64,000 nucleotides of DNA, taken from NCBI GenBank assembly GCA_000146045.2, contig BK006945.2:640001-704000 (forward strand). Direction: 5' to 3'. This DNA is from TPA_inf: Saccharomyces. Its lineage: Eukaryota. The notes beneath the pieces were generated by a model, which was not told where the DNA came from, ran no database searches, and was given only the letters and a program-made list of their open reading frames with translations. How positions within the stretch are numbered: the first letter of the stretch is position 1; every line of letters begins with the position of its first letter. Below, in pieces: positions 34,427 to 47,932 of this stretch. The position numbers were made by a program, and so were the translations under genes.

Positions 34427-35455
34427 TTAGTTTTTTATTCTCACCTTTCCAAATTTTCTTTTTTTCTGTGGGTATTCTTCGACCAAAGAAGAACTTGATT
34501 TTGTTTTTTCTGGTGTAGCCTCAGATTCAGAAAAATTCTCCAGGCGAAGTTGCGAACTGGTACTACTTTCTCTAGATTTTGGCTTGAAATCTGTCTTTGG
34601 TTTAATTTTACCGCGGCTATTTGGTCGAGCCTCATTTGTAGGGTCTGCTTGCAATTCAAAATCATCATTATAAAAATGATTCACCGCAGGAAATCTGACG
34701 CGCTCTTTTTTGTTAAGTTCTCCAGATTCTTCAAACCGCGACACATCTTGAAATTTGTTTCTTAAAGATAATAATGTTTTTAATGAGTCCGCCAGAAATT
34801 CTTGATGCTGGAATTTTCCTTTATGTAGTAATTTTTTGATTATGTCATCGTCTGTGCATTGCTGCAGAGATTCATAATTCTTAGAATTTTCAGGAGCCCA
34901 TTGACTGATAACTTTACTCCCACCGTCTAAATCACGAAGAGAAATTAAAAGAAAATCTAAGCATTTTTGCTTTTCATTCAAAATATCCCGTTGTACATAG
35001 TGGTATTGGGTGGAAAGGTTTACCAATTTTAATAAAAGCATGCATAAACTTTGCAAAATCATATAGAACATATCCTTAGTAACATGTGAAGGTACGCTAT
35101 TTATGGAAACTGTAATATCCGCAGATACATCGAAACTAAAAACCAAATTTGAATCTACCAATCCAATTTGGTTAATTTCTTGAGGAGCTTGTAGAATGTC
35201 CATTAGTTTTAGTTTAATTAGATTTAATGATATACTATCCGTAAAACCTTGGCTCTGGCATTGCTGTGATAATTGAGTTTGTGAAAGTTTGAAAACGTAG
35301 GGAACTAAGCGCTCCAAGGAAACTAAAACAATCATTACAATTGTGGTTGGAGATGACATCGGTAGAAATAATAGGAGACAATTTCCCTCACCATTAATTT
35401 TTTTAACACACCATTCTGCATCACTTAGCTGCTGCCCTTTCAACTCAGAATCCAT
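34427..35455 (-). CDS. NEJ1: Nej1, NHEJ regulator and XLF/Cernunnos-like Lif1 partner (342 aa)
   Basis: MDSELKGQQLSDAEWCVKKINGEGNCLLLFLPMSSPTT... with the basic C-terminal tail KKRKFGKVRIKN. 342 aa from the second Met of the track ORF. Confidence 0.9.
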   Translation of the reverse strand: MDSELKGQQLSDAEWCVKKINGEGNCLLLFLPMSSPTTIVMIVLVSLERLVPYVFKLSQTQLSQQCQSQGFTDSISLNLIKLKLMDILQAPQEINQIGLVDSNLVFSFDVSADITVSINSVPSHVTKDMFYMILQSLCMLLLKLVNLSTQYHYVQRDILNEKQKCLDFLLISLRDLDGGSKVISQWAPENSKNYESLQQCTDDDIIKKLLHKGKFQHQEFLADSLKTLLSLRNKFQDVSRFEESGELNKKERVRFPAVNHFYNDDFELQADPTNEARPNSRGKIKPKTDFKPKSRESSTSSQLRLENFSESEATPEKTKSSSSLVEEYPQKKRKFGKVRIKN

Positions 35456-35618
35456 CACACATGTGTAAGATTAACCTCCTATCTGGCCGTTGTTATGGTT
35501 ATTCTCCATAGGGTTTCCACTTATATGACACTATTTTGTGTTTGCCCGCTGCCAACACTATCATCCCTTTTTGGGACGAAAAAATCCATGTAAAAAAATA
35601 CATCAATCATAAATACAT

Positions 35619-37724
35619 TTATAAATCGAAATGATATTGTTTATAAAATTTCTTTTTGTCAATGGACCAAAGGTCTTTGGAAATCTCTTTGAACGTTTTC
35701 CAAACATCATTAATAAAATCTTCAATCATGAGATCACTGAAGTGCTCCATATTAATGCCCTTTTTCAGCCAAATTTTTTCAGTCTCTATTCTTGCTTGGG
35801 ACGCTTTATCGAATAAAACCCTACTTACGCGTTCAAACGCCAAAGTTGAAGTTAACTGATAAAAATTGGAAACTGCTTTTAACAATCGCTTATTTCTTTC
35901 ATTAACAGCAAATATGCTATCAATAATTTCGTAAAATCTTATTATTGTTCCTGAAAATGACAGAAATTTATCAGTCCTAACATCGAATCCTGTCAAAAGT
36001 TCATCAAAGTTTTCTTCTTCATATTTAATGAATTGTATTTTTTTCCCAGTGTCAAGGTCAATAAGGAAAAGGAATGCCTTCTCCCTGAAGATTAACCTAT
36101 TAAATGCTAAACTGTACACTTGCGATACTATTCGTATTAAAAGTGGATTGATTAGAATAATAGACAGTTTTAGCCCTTCAGTTAACACGTTCTCCTGGTC
36201 GTTGATAGGCTCTTTAAAATGAAATACCATTGTATTAACACAGACTGATATGGATATCAACAAGAACTGAACCATTCTGTTCTTATCTATGATTCTGCTT
36301 TGTTGAGCGATGATCATCTCAATATTGTATATACTAGCAACTATACTTAGAGATCTTGATAAAATCAATATATCAAAGGGATCAATATCAGAGTAGTAAA
36401 CTGAATTTGTATAATGTTCGATAGGTGAAAAGTTAGATTGTATAAATTCAATCAATCTCAATGAAAAAGTGGTCAATTTTTCGTTCATCTCTCTCTTGTG
36501 AATTTCACGAGTAGTGAATCGGGAAACATCTAAAAAATCGTGCATTAGCTTAACTCTCCTAAAGTCAATACTCGGTGATTGGAAATTCTGCGCAGTAAAT
36601 ATACTTAAGTCCAAAAGATCATCTGAAATAGACGGAGGATTACCTATATCATATGAGGTGGATACATCAAGGAATAAAGCCCAAAACCAAATACACCTCA
36701 AGTTTTGTTTGGTTTCCTCACTTTCGTTCAAATACCATTTATCAATATCATTTAAACCCAAACTTATGCACCCCTGGCATAGCTCGTTGATTAAGTCAAC
36801 GCCTTGAGTCGCATCCCATACACCGTCCGTGCAATTTATCATTACACTAATATAGGACAATAAGAAAAATTGTAGTTTTTCCACGAAATTTGAGCTCGAT
36901 GATGACAAGGACGCTGCACTTAAAGTGTGAAGGAAATGACTCACGGAAGAAGGGATATCTTGGTTATAATAGCCCAAGCAAAGAATTTGAAGTACAATGC
37001 CAAGATTATACTTATCTTTTGCATTACCTTGCAAATCGAGGAGGATGACTAGGTTCTTGTCCGTGGTATCTCTAATAAAAAGTCTGTCCAAGAGGGACAG
37101 AATATCGTCTTGGTTGAAGATATGCAATATGCCGAACAGCGGTCCAGCAAAAAAAGATTTAATACAGCTTTCCATTTGAGGAAAACTAGGCAAATCTGCT
37201 ACAACATCATTTTCATTTAATTGCGATTTAGTGCATTCAGGAAGTGGTTTCAAGACTTTCCATAAATTTTGAAACTCAGTTTGAAACTTATTTTGTTCAA
37301 ACAAAGATAAAGTTTTCCAGGAAGTGGGGCCAAACACATACCTCGAGCCATTATCACCTAAAACCGAAGTTCTCAGTGACCGTAATGGATTTTCTGAACT
37401 CCTGCAATACACCGGTTTCGCATTATTGTTATCGTTTTCCTTCAGTAGAGTCTGCAAATTCTCAATCTTCTGAACCAACGCTACATTGGGCACTTGCTCG
37501 AACAGTTCCGTATTAGACAAGGGATAGTTGAACTCTTCTGTGTAAACGCATTGCGGTAGTTTTCTAATTACACATTGCTGACACATAGGCCTGGCCTGAC
37601 TGCATTTCAGTTTTCTTTTTCTACAAAATGCACATGACTTGATGACCTTCCTCCTCTTGCCCTTCTTACCACTTGAAACGGGCTCTCCGGTAGTAGATTT
37701 CATAGGAAAATGGGATCCATCCAT
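35619..37724 (-). CDS. PDR8: Pdr8, Zn2Cys6 transcription factor of the pleiotropic drug response network (701 aa)
   Basis: N-terminal zinc cluster KSCAFCRKRKLKCSQARPMCQQC plus a fungal-specific TF middle region. 701 aa. Confidence 0.9.
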   Translation of the reverse strand: MDGSHFPMKSTTGEPVSSGKKGKRRKVIKSCAFCRKRKLKCSQARPMCQQCVIRKLPQCVYTEEFNYPLSNTELFEQVPNVALVQKIENLQTLLKENDNNNAKPVYCRSSENPLRSLRTSVLGDNGSRYVFGPTSWKTLSLFEQNKFQTEFQNLWKVLKPLPECTKSQLNENDVVADLPSFPQMESCIKSFFAGPLFGILHIFNQDDILSLLDRLFIRDTTDKNLVILLDLQGNAKDKYNLGIVLQILCLGYYNQDIPSSVSHFLHTLSAASLSSSSSNFVEKLQFFLLSYISVMINCTDGVWDATQGVDLINELCQGCISLGLNDIDKWYLNESEETKQNLRCIWFWALFLDVSTSYDIGNPPSISDDLLDLSIFTAQNFQSPSIDFRRVKLMHDFLDVSRFTTREIHKREMNEKLTTFSLRLIEFIQSNFSPIEHYTNSVYYSDIDPFDILILSRSLSIVASIYNIEMIIAQQSRIIDKNRMVQFLLISISVCVNTMVFHFKEPINDQENVLTEGLKLSIILINPLLIRIVSQVYSLAFNRLIFREKAFLFLIDLDTGKKIQFIKYEEENFDELLTGFDVRTDKFLSFSGTIIRFYEIIDSIFAVNERNKRLLKAVSNFYQLTSTLAFERVSRVLFDKASQARIETEKIWLKKGINMEHFSDLMIEDFINDVWKTFKEISKDLWSIDKKKFYKQYHFDL

Positions 37725-38211
37725 CCCAACAAACTAAGTGCCGTTTGCCTCTTTCTTATTCGTCCCGTACCAACCACGTGTTTTCCACCTGTCATGGGCT
37801 TTTCAAGAGTTTGTCAACGCGGAAAGGCGCCGCATTGCACCTTGTCGTGATGTATTCTAAGTACAAGTAGTAAAGAAGTAATGACCCTGTTGTTATTGCT
37901 CCACTGCTGACCGCTGTTAATGCCTCTTCATGATTTCTGAGTCATTGTTGTACCCTCTGGCGAATAAGCCACTGTTGGTTTTGTGTGCATGTTGGAAAGG
38001 CGTTGCAACGGACTGTAACTCCACACACGAAAGAACCCTTAATTTTCAGCCGCTCGTTATTTTATTCAGTTGATCATTTCTTGTATAAATAGATTTAAGC
38101 AAATTTAAAGTTGATGATTCTATCTTCACAGCTAGAGCTCTACGTGAAATTTGTGCAATATATAGGCTGTGATTTCGAAAGTTATATATTCTCCGGGTAG
38201 AAGTGAAAAGG

Positions 38212-39924
38212 ATGGTTGCCGCTTTAACGTATTTGCCTACTGAGCTTATCCAAAGGATATTTGAGTTCACTGTGGTGGAAACAGACTCTCAATATTGGTT
38301 GTACAATTTAGTGGCTCTAATTGATTTTTCTGTCTCTTCGAGAGGTGGTGGCTCTATAACGGAAGACTTCTTGACAAATTACGTTAGGAAGAATTTGATG
38401 GTTTTAGATCTGACCTGTGAGGCCACGCAAGACTCGATTTTACGAGCGGAGTACGGGTTTCTGAAGAGATTGTTGCCATACATTGACATGGACGCACAAT
38501 ATATCAGAGTTGTTGATTTGGAAACCAATGCTGACAAGGCCCAGAATTTAAAAGCAGAAAAACTTATTGTTATATTTGACGAATTCTCAGATTTGAAACT
38601 CATAGAAACCTTCTTCCCCTTGGCGAATTCCAATTCAAACATAATCGAGTTCGTATTCTGTGTTCGCAATATAAAGAGTTCGTTTTATTCACCTTTGGAA
38701 AAATTACATATTGCGAACATAGTCGCAGATATTGATATTAACACATTGTATCTGGACTTCGTGGATTCAAATATCTATTCGGATCAAAATTTCTTTGGGA
38801 TTTTTGATCCCGATATTTTTCAGCTGATTAATAAAAACTATAGAAACTTCTTTTCTAAGACTAACGAAAAGGGGAAGAAAAGACCCCCCATTTGCAAGAA
38901 AATCTGTTTTCCCTTTGTTGAAACATTGAATTTGGATTATATGGCCCTTGATTCATTCTTTAATTCGATACTGCATAAACTAACAACAAAGATAAAAACA
39001 TTTGAAAGGAACAATGAGTTTGACGTGGATAAAAATTTAAATTTAAACTCGACAACGACAGTAGCAGCTTTAATTATCAAGTCGATCTTGCAACAATTCT
39101 TCAACAATTTTCATATCAGCTTCCCTAATTTGGTTACCTTGAATTTTATTAAGATGTCTACCTACCCAAACAATAATGAGATTACCCAATGTTGTAACTT
39201 CATAGATTTATCTTCATATGTTCTAAACAAATGTTTAAGTGAGAATATCTCGATAAATTTCCTCTTTCAGTTGCACTCTTTGAAAAATTGGTCAATGCCC
39301 AAGATTAAAGAATTCACTGGGCACAAATTCAAGTATGACGAAACAACATTTTCAGGTTCACCAGAAAGGTACATCAAATCATTGAGGGGAAACATTAAAA
39401 TTTTGCAAGAAATGGCAATTAACGAAACCAACGATGGTACTTGCTATTTCAGAGTCAAGTTGATACCTGAGGGGGTAGAAAAAACTCAAATAATCAACTG
39501 GATCCCCTTTACTTCTTCATTTAGCGATGATACCTTCAAACAAAGACACCATTTAAAGAGGCCAATGATTTGCTTGAAGAACAACTCTTTAAGATCGCTC
39601 ACTGTCAAAATCATACGTATTGAAAAATGTTCATCCATCCGAATCCAGGGATTTTACCTACCAAATCTGCAGGAACTGTTCATCAACAATACCCTTTGCG
39701 ACACCACCCAACACCAAAAACAAGCGTCAAATGATATGAGTTGTATAGAGTTCACTTCATGGAATGAACTACCACAATGCAAGAAATTGGGATTTGCTCA
39801 ATTAGAGGACGACTCTAACTACGTTCTTAATATCAGTAACCTACAAGACCATTTACCAAATCTGGACCTGCGGGAGAGTTTCCCAACTTTCTTCGATATA
39901 AGACAGAAGTTTGTCGTGGTTTGA
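38212..39924 (+). CDS. BOP2: Bop2, protein of unknown function (570 aa; starts at MVAALTYLP)
   Basis: A 570-aa [33 protein letters not shown]... with an F-box-like N-terminus. Position and length match YLR267W. Confidence 0.8.
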
Positions 39925-40199
39925 GGTCTAATTTTCAACCAAACGTGTTGTACTAGCATATATAATTAAATAAATTTCTCTAGTTATCACTTGATTTATC
40001 TAATAAGAGACGTCATAAACGAATTTTTTTTTAGCAATAAATCCTCAACGCTTTTTGTTTTCATTTTTCGGTCTTTTTCTACCATAGAAGATAAACAAGT
40101 AGAGCCCATGTAATATAATATATCTACAACCTATTATTACCCAAAACCAACAAAAACCCTGACAGTGACACCCCGTTACACACTCACAATTAAGTAGGG

Positions 40200-40844
40200 A
40201 TGATAAAGTCAACACTAATCTACAGAGAAGATGGGCTGCCTCTTTGTACGTCTGTGGACAACGAAAATGATCCCTCATTATTTGAACAAAAGCAAAAGGT
40301 GAAAATCGTCGTTTCCAGATTGACACCACAGTCTGCCACGGAGGCTACTTTGGAAAGTGGCTCCTTTGAGATCCATTATTTGAAGAAATCCATGGTGTAC
40401 TACTTCGTCATTTGCGAATCTGGATACCCAAGAAACTTAGCATTCTCATACCTTAACGATATAGCGCAAGAATTTGAACACTCATTTGCTAATGAGTACC
40501 CCAAGCCTACCGTAAGACCATACCAGTTTGTAAACTTTGATAACTTTCTACAGATGACAAAAAAGTCATACAGTGATAAGAAAGTTCAGGACAATTTGGA
40601 CCAACTAAACCAAGAGCTTGTAGGTGTCAAGCAAATCATGTCCAAGAACATCGAAGACCTACTTTACAGGGGAGATTCTCTCGATAAAATGAGTGACATG
40701 AGTTCTTCTTTGAAAGAAACATCCAAAAGGTACAGAAAGTCCGCGCAAAAGATCAACTTCGATCTCTTGATCAGTCAATATGCTCCTATTGTCATTGTCG
40801 CTTTCTTTTTCGTCTTTCTCTTCTGGTGGATCTTCCTCAAATAG
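40200..40844 (+). CDS. SEC22: Sec22, ER-Golgi R-SNARE (214 aa)
   Basis: Longin domain, a SNARE motif (NLDQLNQELVGVKQIMSKNIEDLLYRGDSLDKMS) and a C-terminal TM anchor. Confidence 0.95.
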   Translation: MIKSTLIYREDGLPLCTSVDNENDPSLFEQKQKVKIVVSRLTPQSATEATLESGSFEIHYLKKSMVYYFVICESGYPRNLAFSYLNDIAQEFEHSFANEYPKPTVRPYQFVNFDNFLQMTKKSYSDKKVQDNLDQLNQELVGVKQIMSKNIEDLLYRGDSLDKMSDMSSSLKETSKRYRKSAQKINFDLLISQYAPIVIVAFFFVFLFWWIFLK

Positions 40845-41110
40845 ACGTCACCCCATCATCCCACATCACAAATCCCGATCAATTTGGTCCAAGTGTATAA
40901 CATAGTCTAGTTCAGTATTAGTATAGTATGGCAATTTATTTGACATAATTACGTATTTTTCAGGCAAGCTGGCAGGTGACCCGCCGCACCTGCACTTTTT
41001 AGGGAGTCTTTTCAAGGATATCATCACTATATATCGAAGGAAAAGAGGCTTTCCAACTCTTTTGGATGATCGAATTGCCATCACTACTCTATTAACTGTC
41101 TGTGTATTAA

Positions 41111-42238
<1,128 letters not shown>

Positions 42239-42736
42239 AGGTTGTTAAAATTCTCACATCATCCACCTTTTTCCTACTCTCATTTTCTTTTTTTGAAAGT
42301 TGTTTGTTTTATATACCTTAGTTTCACAACAACATAAGGCATGCCTATTTGAGATTTTGTGATTAAAAAATAATAGAATACGTACTATATAACCGTCGGT
42401 TTAAAGTAAATAAATTAAAGACTAAGAATGAAACAATTAAAAACACTGTTCAATAACGTTGCTCTATCCTCCTGAGTCTTCCGGATCCTGTCTCCATTTT
42501 TTTGTGTGGTGACGAGTTGAGATAAAAAGATTTCCACTGCTGAGAATAATATCTATAATCGATAATGAAAGTTAGAACGATCACGTTGACTCTGAAATAT
42601 AGTCAATAGAAAAAATTAGGTATCAATTCAATTGTAATATTTACTGGATTGAATTTAATTTAAGAATTACAGAATAAGAGGACGGACAATAAGAGGTACG
42701 CTACACATCTACCATCACTTTCAGGGAGGGCATAAA

Positions 42737-43561
42737 ATGGAGGAGAGTAAGACAAAAAGAAAAGAGGATCGCATAGATTTGAAGAATACACCGCCTCAGA
42801 AGAAGTCAAAAAGAGATTCAACAAATGACGAAACTGCACGCACATCACTACGTTCAATCATGCCCAGGGGTTATAAAATGATGGAAAACATGGGTTACAA
42901 AGAAGGAGAAACATTAGGTAGTAATGAAAGTGCCCTAAAAGAGCCTATTAAGGTAGAAATCAATACAAAAAGGAGGGGAATTCGTGCAGAAAAGCCCGAC
43001 CCATCAACAATGAATGACATGCAGATGAGTGAACAACGATTTATAAAAAGAGAAAGTGAAATGAAAAATAATAAGCGGTTAAAAAAAATTTGGTATAGGA
43101 TCCAAAAAGTTGCTTTTGAAATGATGGGTGATTCCGATTTATACAATCCAGGCGAAGATCCGAGAGACTTTAACGTACTTTGGAGATCTTACGTTATGCA
43201 ACTAAATGAGGAAGTAGCAAAAAATGACCTAAATAATCACAGTAACAATGATAATGAAGATAAGAATAATATGATACCAATGGTAAATGAAAGTTTGGAG
43301 GCTTCGCCTGCAATAAAAGGTGAAAAGTTTGGACGTCCTTCTACATTAATAGATTGTGATACTTCAATTATCGGTAGTCGCATTACAAAAGACACAGAAC
43401 TTGCTGAATTAGAAGAATTGAGCATTGAAAAAAGAATAACAAAATTGAATATATTCCTGAGGTCCGAGAAGTACTACTGTTTTTTTTGCGGAATCAAGTA
43501 TAAGGATGAAGGTGATCTCTACGAGCATTGCCCAGGAGTGAATGAAGACGACCACAAATGA
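42737..43561 (+). CDS. CMG1: G-patch-domain protein (274 aa), YLR271W (Cmg1)
   Basis: A 274-aa ORF MEESKTKRKEDRIDLKNTPPQKKSKRD... with a G-patch-like segment (MMENMGYKEGETLG). It is Lys/Glu-rich. Confidence 0.7.
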   Translation: MEESKTKRKEDRIDLKNTPPQKKSKRDSTNDETARTSLRSIMPRGYKMMENMGYKEGETLGSNESALKEPIKVEINTKRRGIRAEKPDPSTMNDMQMSEQRFIKRESEMKNNKRLKKIWYRIQKVAFEMMGDSDLYNPGEDPRDFNVLWRSYVMQLNEEVAKNDLNNHSNNDNEDKNNMIPMVNESLEASPAIKGEKFGRPSTLIDCDTSIIGSRITKDTELAELEELSIEKRITKLNIFLRSEKYYCFFCGIKYKDEGDLYEHCPGVNEDDHK

Positions 43562-43671
43562 ATTTTATCGAGATAGGTAAAGTCATATTTCAAGAAGAAA
43601 GAAATGAACAGCTTTTATTTATATAATAACATATAATATAAAACGGAAGAAACGGGTAAACGTCAGTTCGA

Positions 43672-46600
43672 TTATTCTTTTGCGGATACAACCTTGAAAC
43701 CTTGCTCCAATAATGCAGTGACGTCTTCATTTTTGTATGGTAGATTGTTTAGTACGAATGCAATATCATCCCATTGCTTTTGGGTCTCGCACTTTCTCAG
43801 TCTTCCAACTAATTTCTCGTTTAATTGCTTTTGGTGCCGTTCCTTATCGATAAAAGTTAACAGAAATTTGATGATTTTCTTGAAACTCTCCTTACCCAAT
43901 AAATCATCTGACGATAAATTACTAAAGATATCGATGAATCCATTATAAATGGCGTTGTCCTTGGATGCTAACTCGGTGAAAAATAATCTGCACATATCAC
44001 TTATTCCCTGGTCTGGATTGTCTAGGCATTTGGCCATTTCTCCTAATTGTCCTTTAACCTTAACCTGTCCAGCTAAAATCAAGAAGGTAACTGTCATTAA
44101 ACATGTTCTTTGTACCATTAAGTTTTCATCATGCAAACGGCGATACAAATAATCTGTGTTTTCGTCTACTAAGTTGTTGAAGCATACTGCCATGTCACCT
44201 AGTCCTAAGACAGCATTTGAGCGAATAGTAGGATCAGGAGATTTTTCCATTACTGTGATTAATAGCGGCAGGCTCTTTTCACAATATTTTGATGATAAAC
44301 ACATTAGTTTTTCTAGACATAAGGTTGCCGTTCTTTGAAGCATTGGATCGCTAAACCTGCTTGAATTAGAAACAATCTCTTCTACAATTGGGCAAAACTT
44401 CCCTAATATAGATTTTTCTCCAAATAGTAATTCATTCTCTTTTACAAATTGAATAGCATCCGTGAAATCGTCCTCATTAGTACCTCCTATCATTTCTAGC
44501 TCTTTATCACCACCGTTATCTTGTGTGGTGTTAGTTACATCTGCACCTTGGTTTTTTACTTTACCGTTCCGAGTTTCTGCCTCGATCTTTCTTTTCTTGA
44601 ATTCTGCCTCACATTTCTCTAGATAGACAAGTGTTTTAATTGCCACTTGTCCTACAATGAATAATAATTGACTGAGAGAAACAACTCTAGATGATTGTTC
44701 TAACGACAAAATAGAGTCTTCCTCTTCAGGTTTACCAAATGTCATCATTGTCTTTTCTCTAATCAGATCTGTAGCTAGTATATCGGGCTTAGAAGAGATT
44801 GTAAACAGTGCACTAAGCGCTTGTTCGCACATAGGATAATATTCATTATCCTTGGTATAGTTGATAATTATGGCATACAACTTTTTCACTGCAACATCTT
44901 CAAGCTCTTGATTTATTGCCTTGGTAATAATAGTGCTTCTCTTGGGAACCATTCTCTCTAACGCTAAACAAGAATACCGACAAAGGGTCAGATCTTTTAA
45001 ACCAACGGCACCAAGTCCAATGTTTAAAAGTGACTCCAGTCCTTTTAATGCTATTTCGTTATCGGCTAACGATAACATTCCTAAAATAATAATAGAACCA
45101 TGAATTTGTTCCTTAGAAAACCCTTTTTCGGAGTCACGGTTGTTCACATTTTGTTCTTTCTGCATACTGGCCTTCGATGCAGAATTGTAAATAGCCCAAA
45201 GGATATTAATGACATGTTGATCAATCAATTTTTGTTCATACATCATTCCTAATAGCTGTTCCAAAGAGGCCAAGTCTGCAATAGATGCGCCGATGCTTAG
45301 ATTAATTAAATTTTTGGCAATATGTGCCGCCTTCTCCTGCATATTGCAACTATCTGGCGCGGTTAAAAATAGCTGCTTATAACATTCTATCAAATGTACT
45401 GATATACTCGTTCCTTCATCGTTTGTGCCCTTCATCCAAACCAAATGCAGCATTTTTTTTATACCAAATTCGCTTAACTCAATGTCAAAAGCGTCTGCTA
45501 AAACTAGGAAGTCCATTGATTCTAAAACTTCGTTTCTGTTCTTAGAAAACAGCAAATTAGATATCAATTCAATACTCTTGTGTATCTCTTTAATGAAACT
45601 AATGGCATCTTTATAGTAAACAATCATTAACTTTAGCTTCATGAGAACACTGGTATTTGTTGCATTTATATTCTCTACCTCATTTTCTATTCTAGAAAGT
45701 TCTGCGCTCTTATTGAAAGAACCTTCTAACTCGGTCCTACATTGACCTTCATCTTGTTCTACCTCTTCTTCAATCAAAGACCTTTCAATCGTGTCATTCA
45801 GAGTTTCTTGTGACTCTACTTTCTTTAAAGTGGAATTTAGCTGTGATTCAGATCCTTTGAGATATTCTTCCCATTCACTCAGCCTCAATTGGCTACCATG
45901 TATGGCCTTAAAAGGATGTTTTAGCAATAATTTTGAAAGTAACTTTACTGAGTTCCTACGAACTAAAGAGGAGCGGTCCTGCAATGATCGTACTGCCAAC
46001 GAAGTAAATTTAGCTTTGCTTTTGTTAAATTTCGAACTCAAATCGCAGATCTTTGAACACCCTTGTATCGCCTTCGTTCTAACGTAGGGATTTGAATCCT
46101 GGAATCTTTCTTCTAGTAACTCAATAAGTACGGCTATTTGTTGTTTATAATGTTCCATAGTTTGTGGGTCTTGAGCCAATTCAGCCACAATATTTCCACA
46201 TGCTTCTACAACGGAACATCTCAATGTTATAGAACTATTGTTGAGTAAGGTGATGACAAGATTCATCTGTCGAAGCATTATTCCTGGTGATAGCTCTGAT
46301 AATTTAATCAAAAAATTTGATATTGCCTTTGGGCCTGTGGTATCCTTTGCGTTAAATACCCTGGTGCTGATTTCTTTCAAGATATCTTCTGTTAGTTGTG
46401 GATAGTTATATTCATCATTCAATAGTTTTAGTAATTCTGCATTAAAAACCGACAAATGAAGAAAATAAGTTAAATTTGTCATCAATGAACTTTGTATACT
46501 TGAACTTTGACCGTGATTTTTAACACACATAGCCAAAATCCTTTGAATAAACATCTTTAGTGATGATACCTTCGTCACAGGTTCAATCTCTAATAACACA

Positions 46601-47202
46601 AATAATGGTCTTGTGAACAAACCAATAAACAAATCCTTTTCAGGAGTTGTCTGAAATATCTTAGATAAGTTAATCTCCAGTAGCTTTGTTATAGATTCAA
46701 GCAAGTTTTCCATTTGATTACAGTCTCTTTTAAACAGCTCGACGTTTGCACTATCATTCTTACTGTTTTTGGCAGAACGGTTTAGATTGGTAGACTGCGA
46801 GGAGACCTTATGTAACTCATCTTGTAAAAACGTCAAAAGTACCTGAATAAGGTAGCCATACTCTTCTAAATGCCTTTTCCACTGCGGTATCAGGCCACCA
46901 ATTTCAGTAAAGTTAACATTTGATGAGAGATTAGCCTTAATATCTTTTGACAGATTCGACAGAGATGAACTTATCAAATAGCTTAGTTGAGTTTGTAATT
47001 TCGGTGTTAAGTGCGGGAAGTCATGGCAAAGATCTATTAATGCTTCTAGTGAATCTGGACTAGCATCTATTTGTTCGGGTGAAACGGCCAATTGGTCTAT
47101 GATAACATTCAGTTCTCTGGATGGGTCCTGCAAGCGAGGATATGATTCTCGATCTGTTGTTTGGAACTTGGTCAGATACTCGGAAAGGCTAAAGCCGGAC
47201 AT
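43672..47202 (-). CDS. YCS4: Ycs4, condensin non-SMC subunit and CAP-D2 homolog (1176 aa)
   Basis: A 1176-aa HEAT-repeat protein MSGFSLSEYLTKFQTTDRESYPRLQDP.... Length and sequence match YLR272C. Confidence 0.9.
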   Translation of the reverse strand: MSGFSLSEYLTKFQTTDRESYPRLQDPSRELNVIIDQLAVSPEQIDASPDSLEALIDLCHDFPHLTPKLQTQLSYLISSSLSNLSKDIKANLSSNVNFTEIGGLIPQWKRHLEEYGYLIQVLLTFLQDELHKVSSQSTNLNRSAKNSKNDSANVELFKRDCNQMENLLESITKLLEINLSKIFQTTPEKDLFIGLFTRPLFVLLEIEPVTKVSSLKMFIQRILAMCVKNHGQSSSIQSSLMTNLTYFLHLSVFNAELLKLLNDEYNYPQLTEDILKEISTRVFNAKDTTGPKAISNFLIKLSELSPGIMLRQMNLVITLLNNSSITLRCSVVEACGNIVAELAQDPQTMEHYKQQIAVLIELLEERFQDSNPYVRTKAIQGCSKICDLSSKFNKSKAKFTSLAVRSLQDRSSLVRRNSVKLLSKLLLKHPFKAIHGSQLRLSEWEEYLKGSESQLNSTLKKVESQETLNDTIERSLIEEEVEQDEGQCRTELEGSFNKSAELSRIENEVENINATNTSVLMKLKLMIVYYKDAISFIKEIHKSIELISNLLFSKNRNEVLESMDFLVLADAFDIELSEFGIKKMLHLVWMKGTNDEGTSISVHLIECYKQLFLTAPDSCNMQEKAAHIAKNLINLSIGASIADLASLEQLLGMMYEQKLIDQHVINILWAIYNSASKASMQKEQNVNNRDSEKGFSKEQIHGSIIILGMLSLADNEIALKGLESLLNIGLGAVGLKDLTLCRYSCLALERMVPKRSTIITKAINQELEDVAVKKLYAIIINYTKDNEYYPMCEQALSALFTISSKPDILATDLIREKTMMTFGKPEEEDSILSLEQSSRVVSLSQLLFIVGQVAIKTLVYLEKCEAEFKKRKIEAETRNGKVKNQGADVTNTTQDNGGDKELEMIGGTNEDDFTDAIQFVKENELLFGEKSILGKFCPIVEEIVSNSSRFSDPMLQRTATLCLEKLMCLSSKYCEKSLPLLITVMEKSPDPTIRSNAVLGLGDMAVCFNNLVDENTDYLYRRLHDENLMVQRTCLMTVTFLILAGQVKVKGQLGEMAKCLDNPDQGISDMCRLFFTELASKDNAIYNGFIDIFSNLSSDDLLGKESFKKIIKFLLTFIDKERHQKQLNEKLVGRLRKCETQKQWDDIAFVLNNLPYKNEDVTALLEQGFKVVSAKE

Positions 47203-47858
47203 CTCATAAAGTAACGAAGTCAGTTACCACCTATCAAAGGATAAAGATATTGTTACTGCTGCTTCCTTTACCTTTCTTTTTTTTGGTCAGTGACAGGTTA
47301 TTTTCTTTGTTTACTAAATGGTCGCAAGATTTTCGCGATGCGTTTAATTTTCATATTATTGCTTTCCAATTTACCCAAAGTGCAATTGACAAAGGCCATT
47401 AGTCTTTCTTTTTACAACAGTAAGAATATAAATATACAAGTGCAGTATTTAAGATACTTAATTCGAAAAGTGAAAAAAAAAAAAAAGAATCTGGAATTGG
47501 TTATTTTAATTTCTCATATGAATTGCTTTCCAAATTCTTGCAATCAATAACATTTTTTATTTATTTTTTTTTCAAGATCAGAACATGTATATATATATAT
47601 ATATATACTGTTCATACCAACAATTATCATTTAGTAGTAAAGTTTGTGATAACGATCAAGCTAGAAACTCCATAGATATCCTGACCCTTACTCGTTGTAA
47701 ATAAAAGGCTCGCGACAAGAAAACAACGCGTTACTTGATAATAATTTTAAAATCAAACAAAAGAGGTGGGGGAAAGAAGCCCTTACTATTGAATAGCAGA
47801 CATTTTATTCATCTCGCAATACTACTACATTTCTATGAAATATAACAGGTATAAAAAA

Positions 47859-47932
47859 TGATTTCGCCCAGGATCGAACTGGGGACGTTCTGCGTGTTAA
47901 GCAGATGCCATAACCGACTAGACCACGAAACC
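47859..47932 (-). tRNA. tV(AAC): tRNA-Val (anticodon AAC), 74 nt. T6 Pol III terminator immediately 3' (plus-strand A6 at 47853-47858)
   Basis: The reverse complement GGTTTCGTGGTCTAGTCGGTTATGGCATCTGCTTAACACGCAGAACGTCCCCAGTTCGATCCTGGGCGAAATCA has the anticodon loop TTAACAC and the T-loop GTTCGATCC. Confidence 0.95.

Noticed and set aside
47588-47609. (TA)9-11 dinucleotide repeat
   Set aside because: It is a simple microsatellite in AT-rich intergenic DNA near tRNA-Val. There is no indication of function beyond possible length polymorphism.
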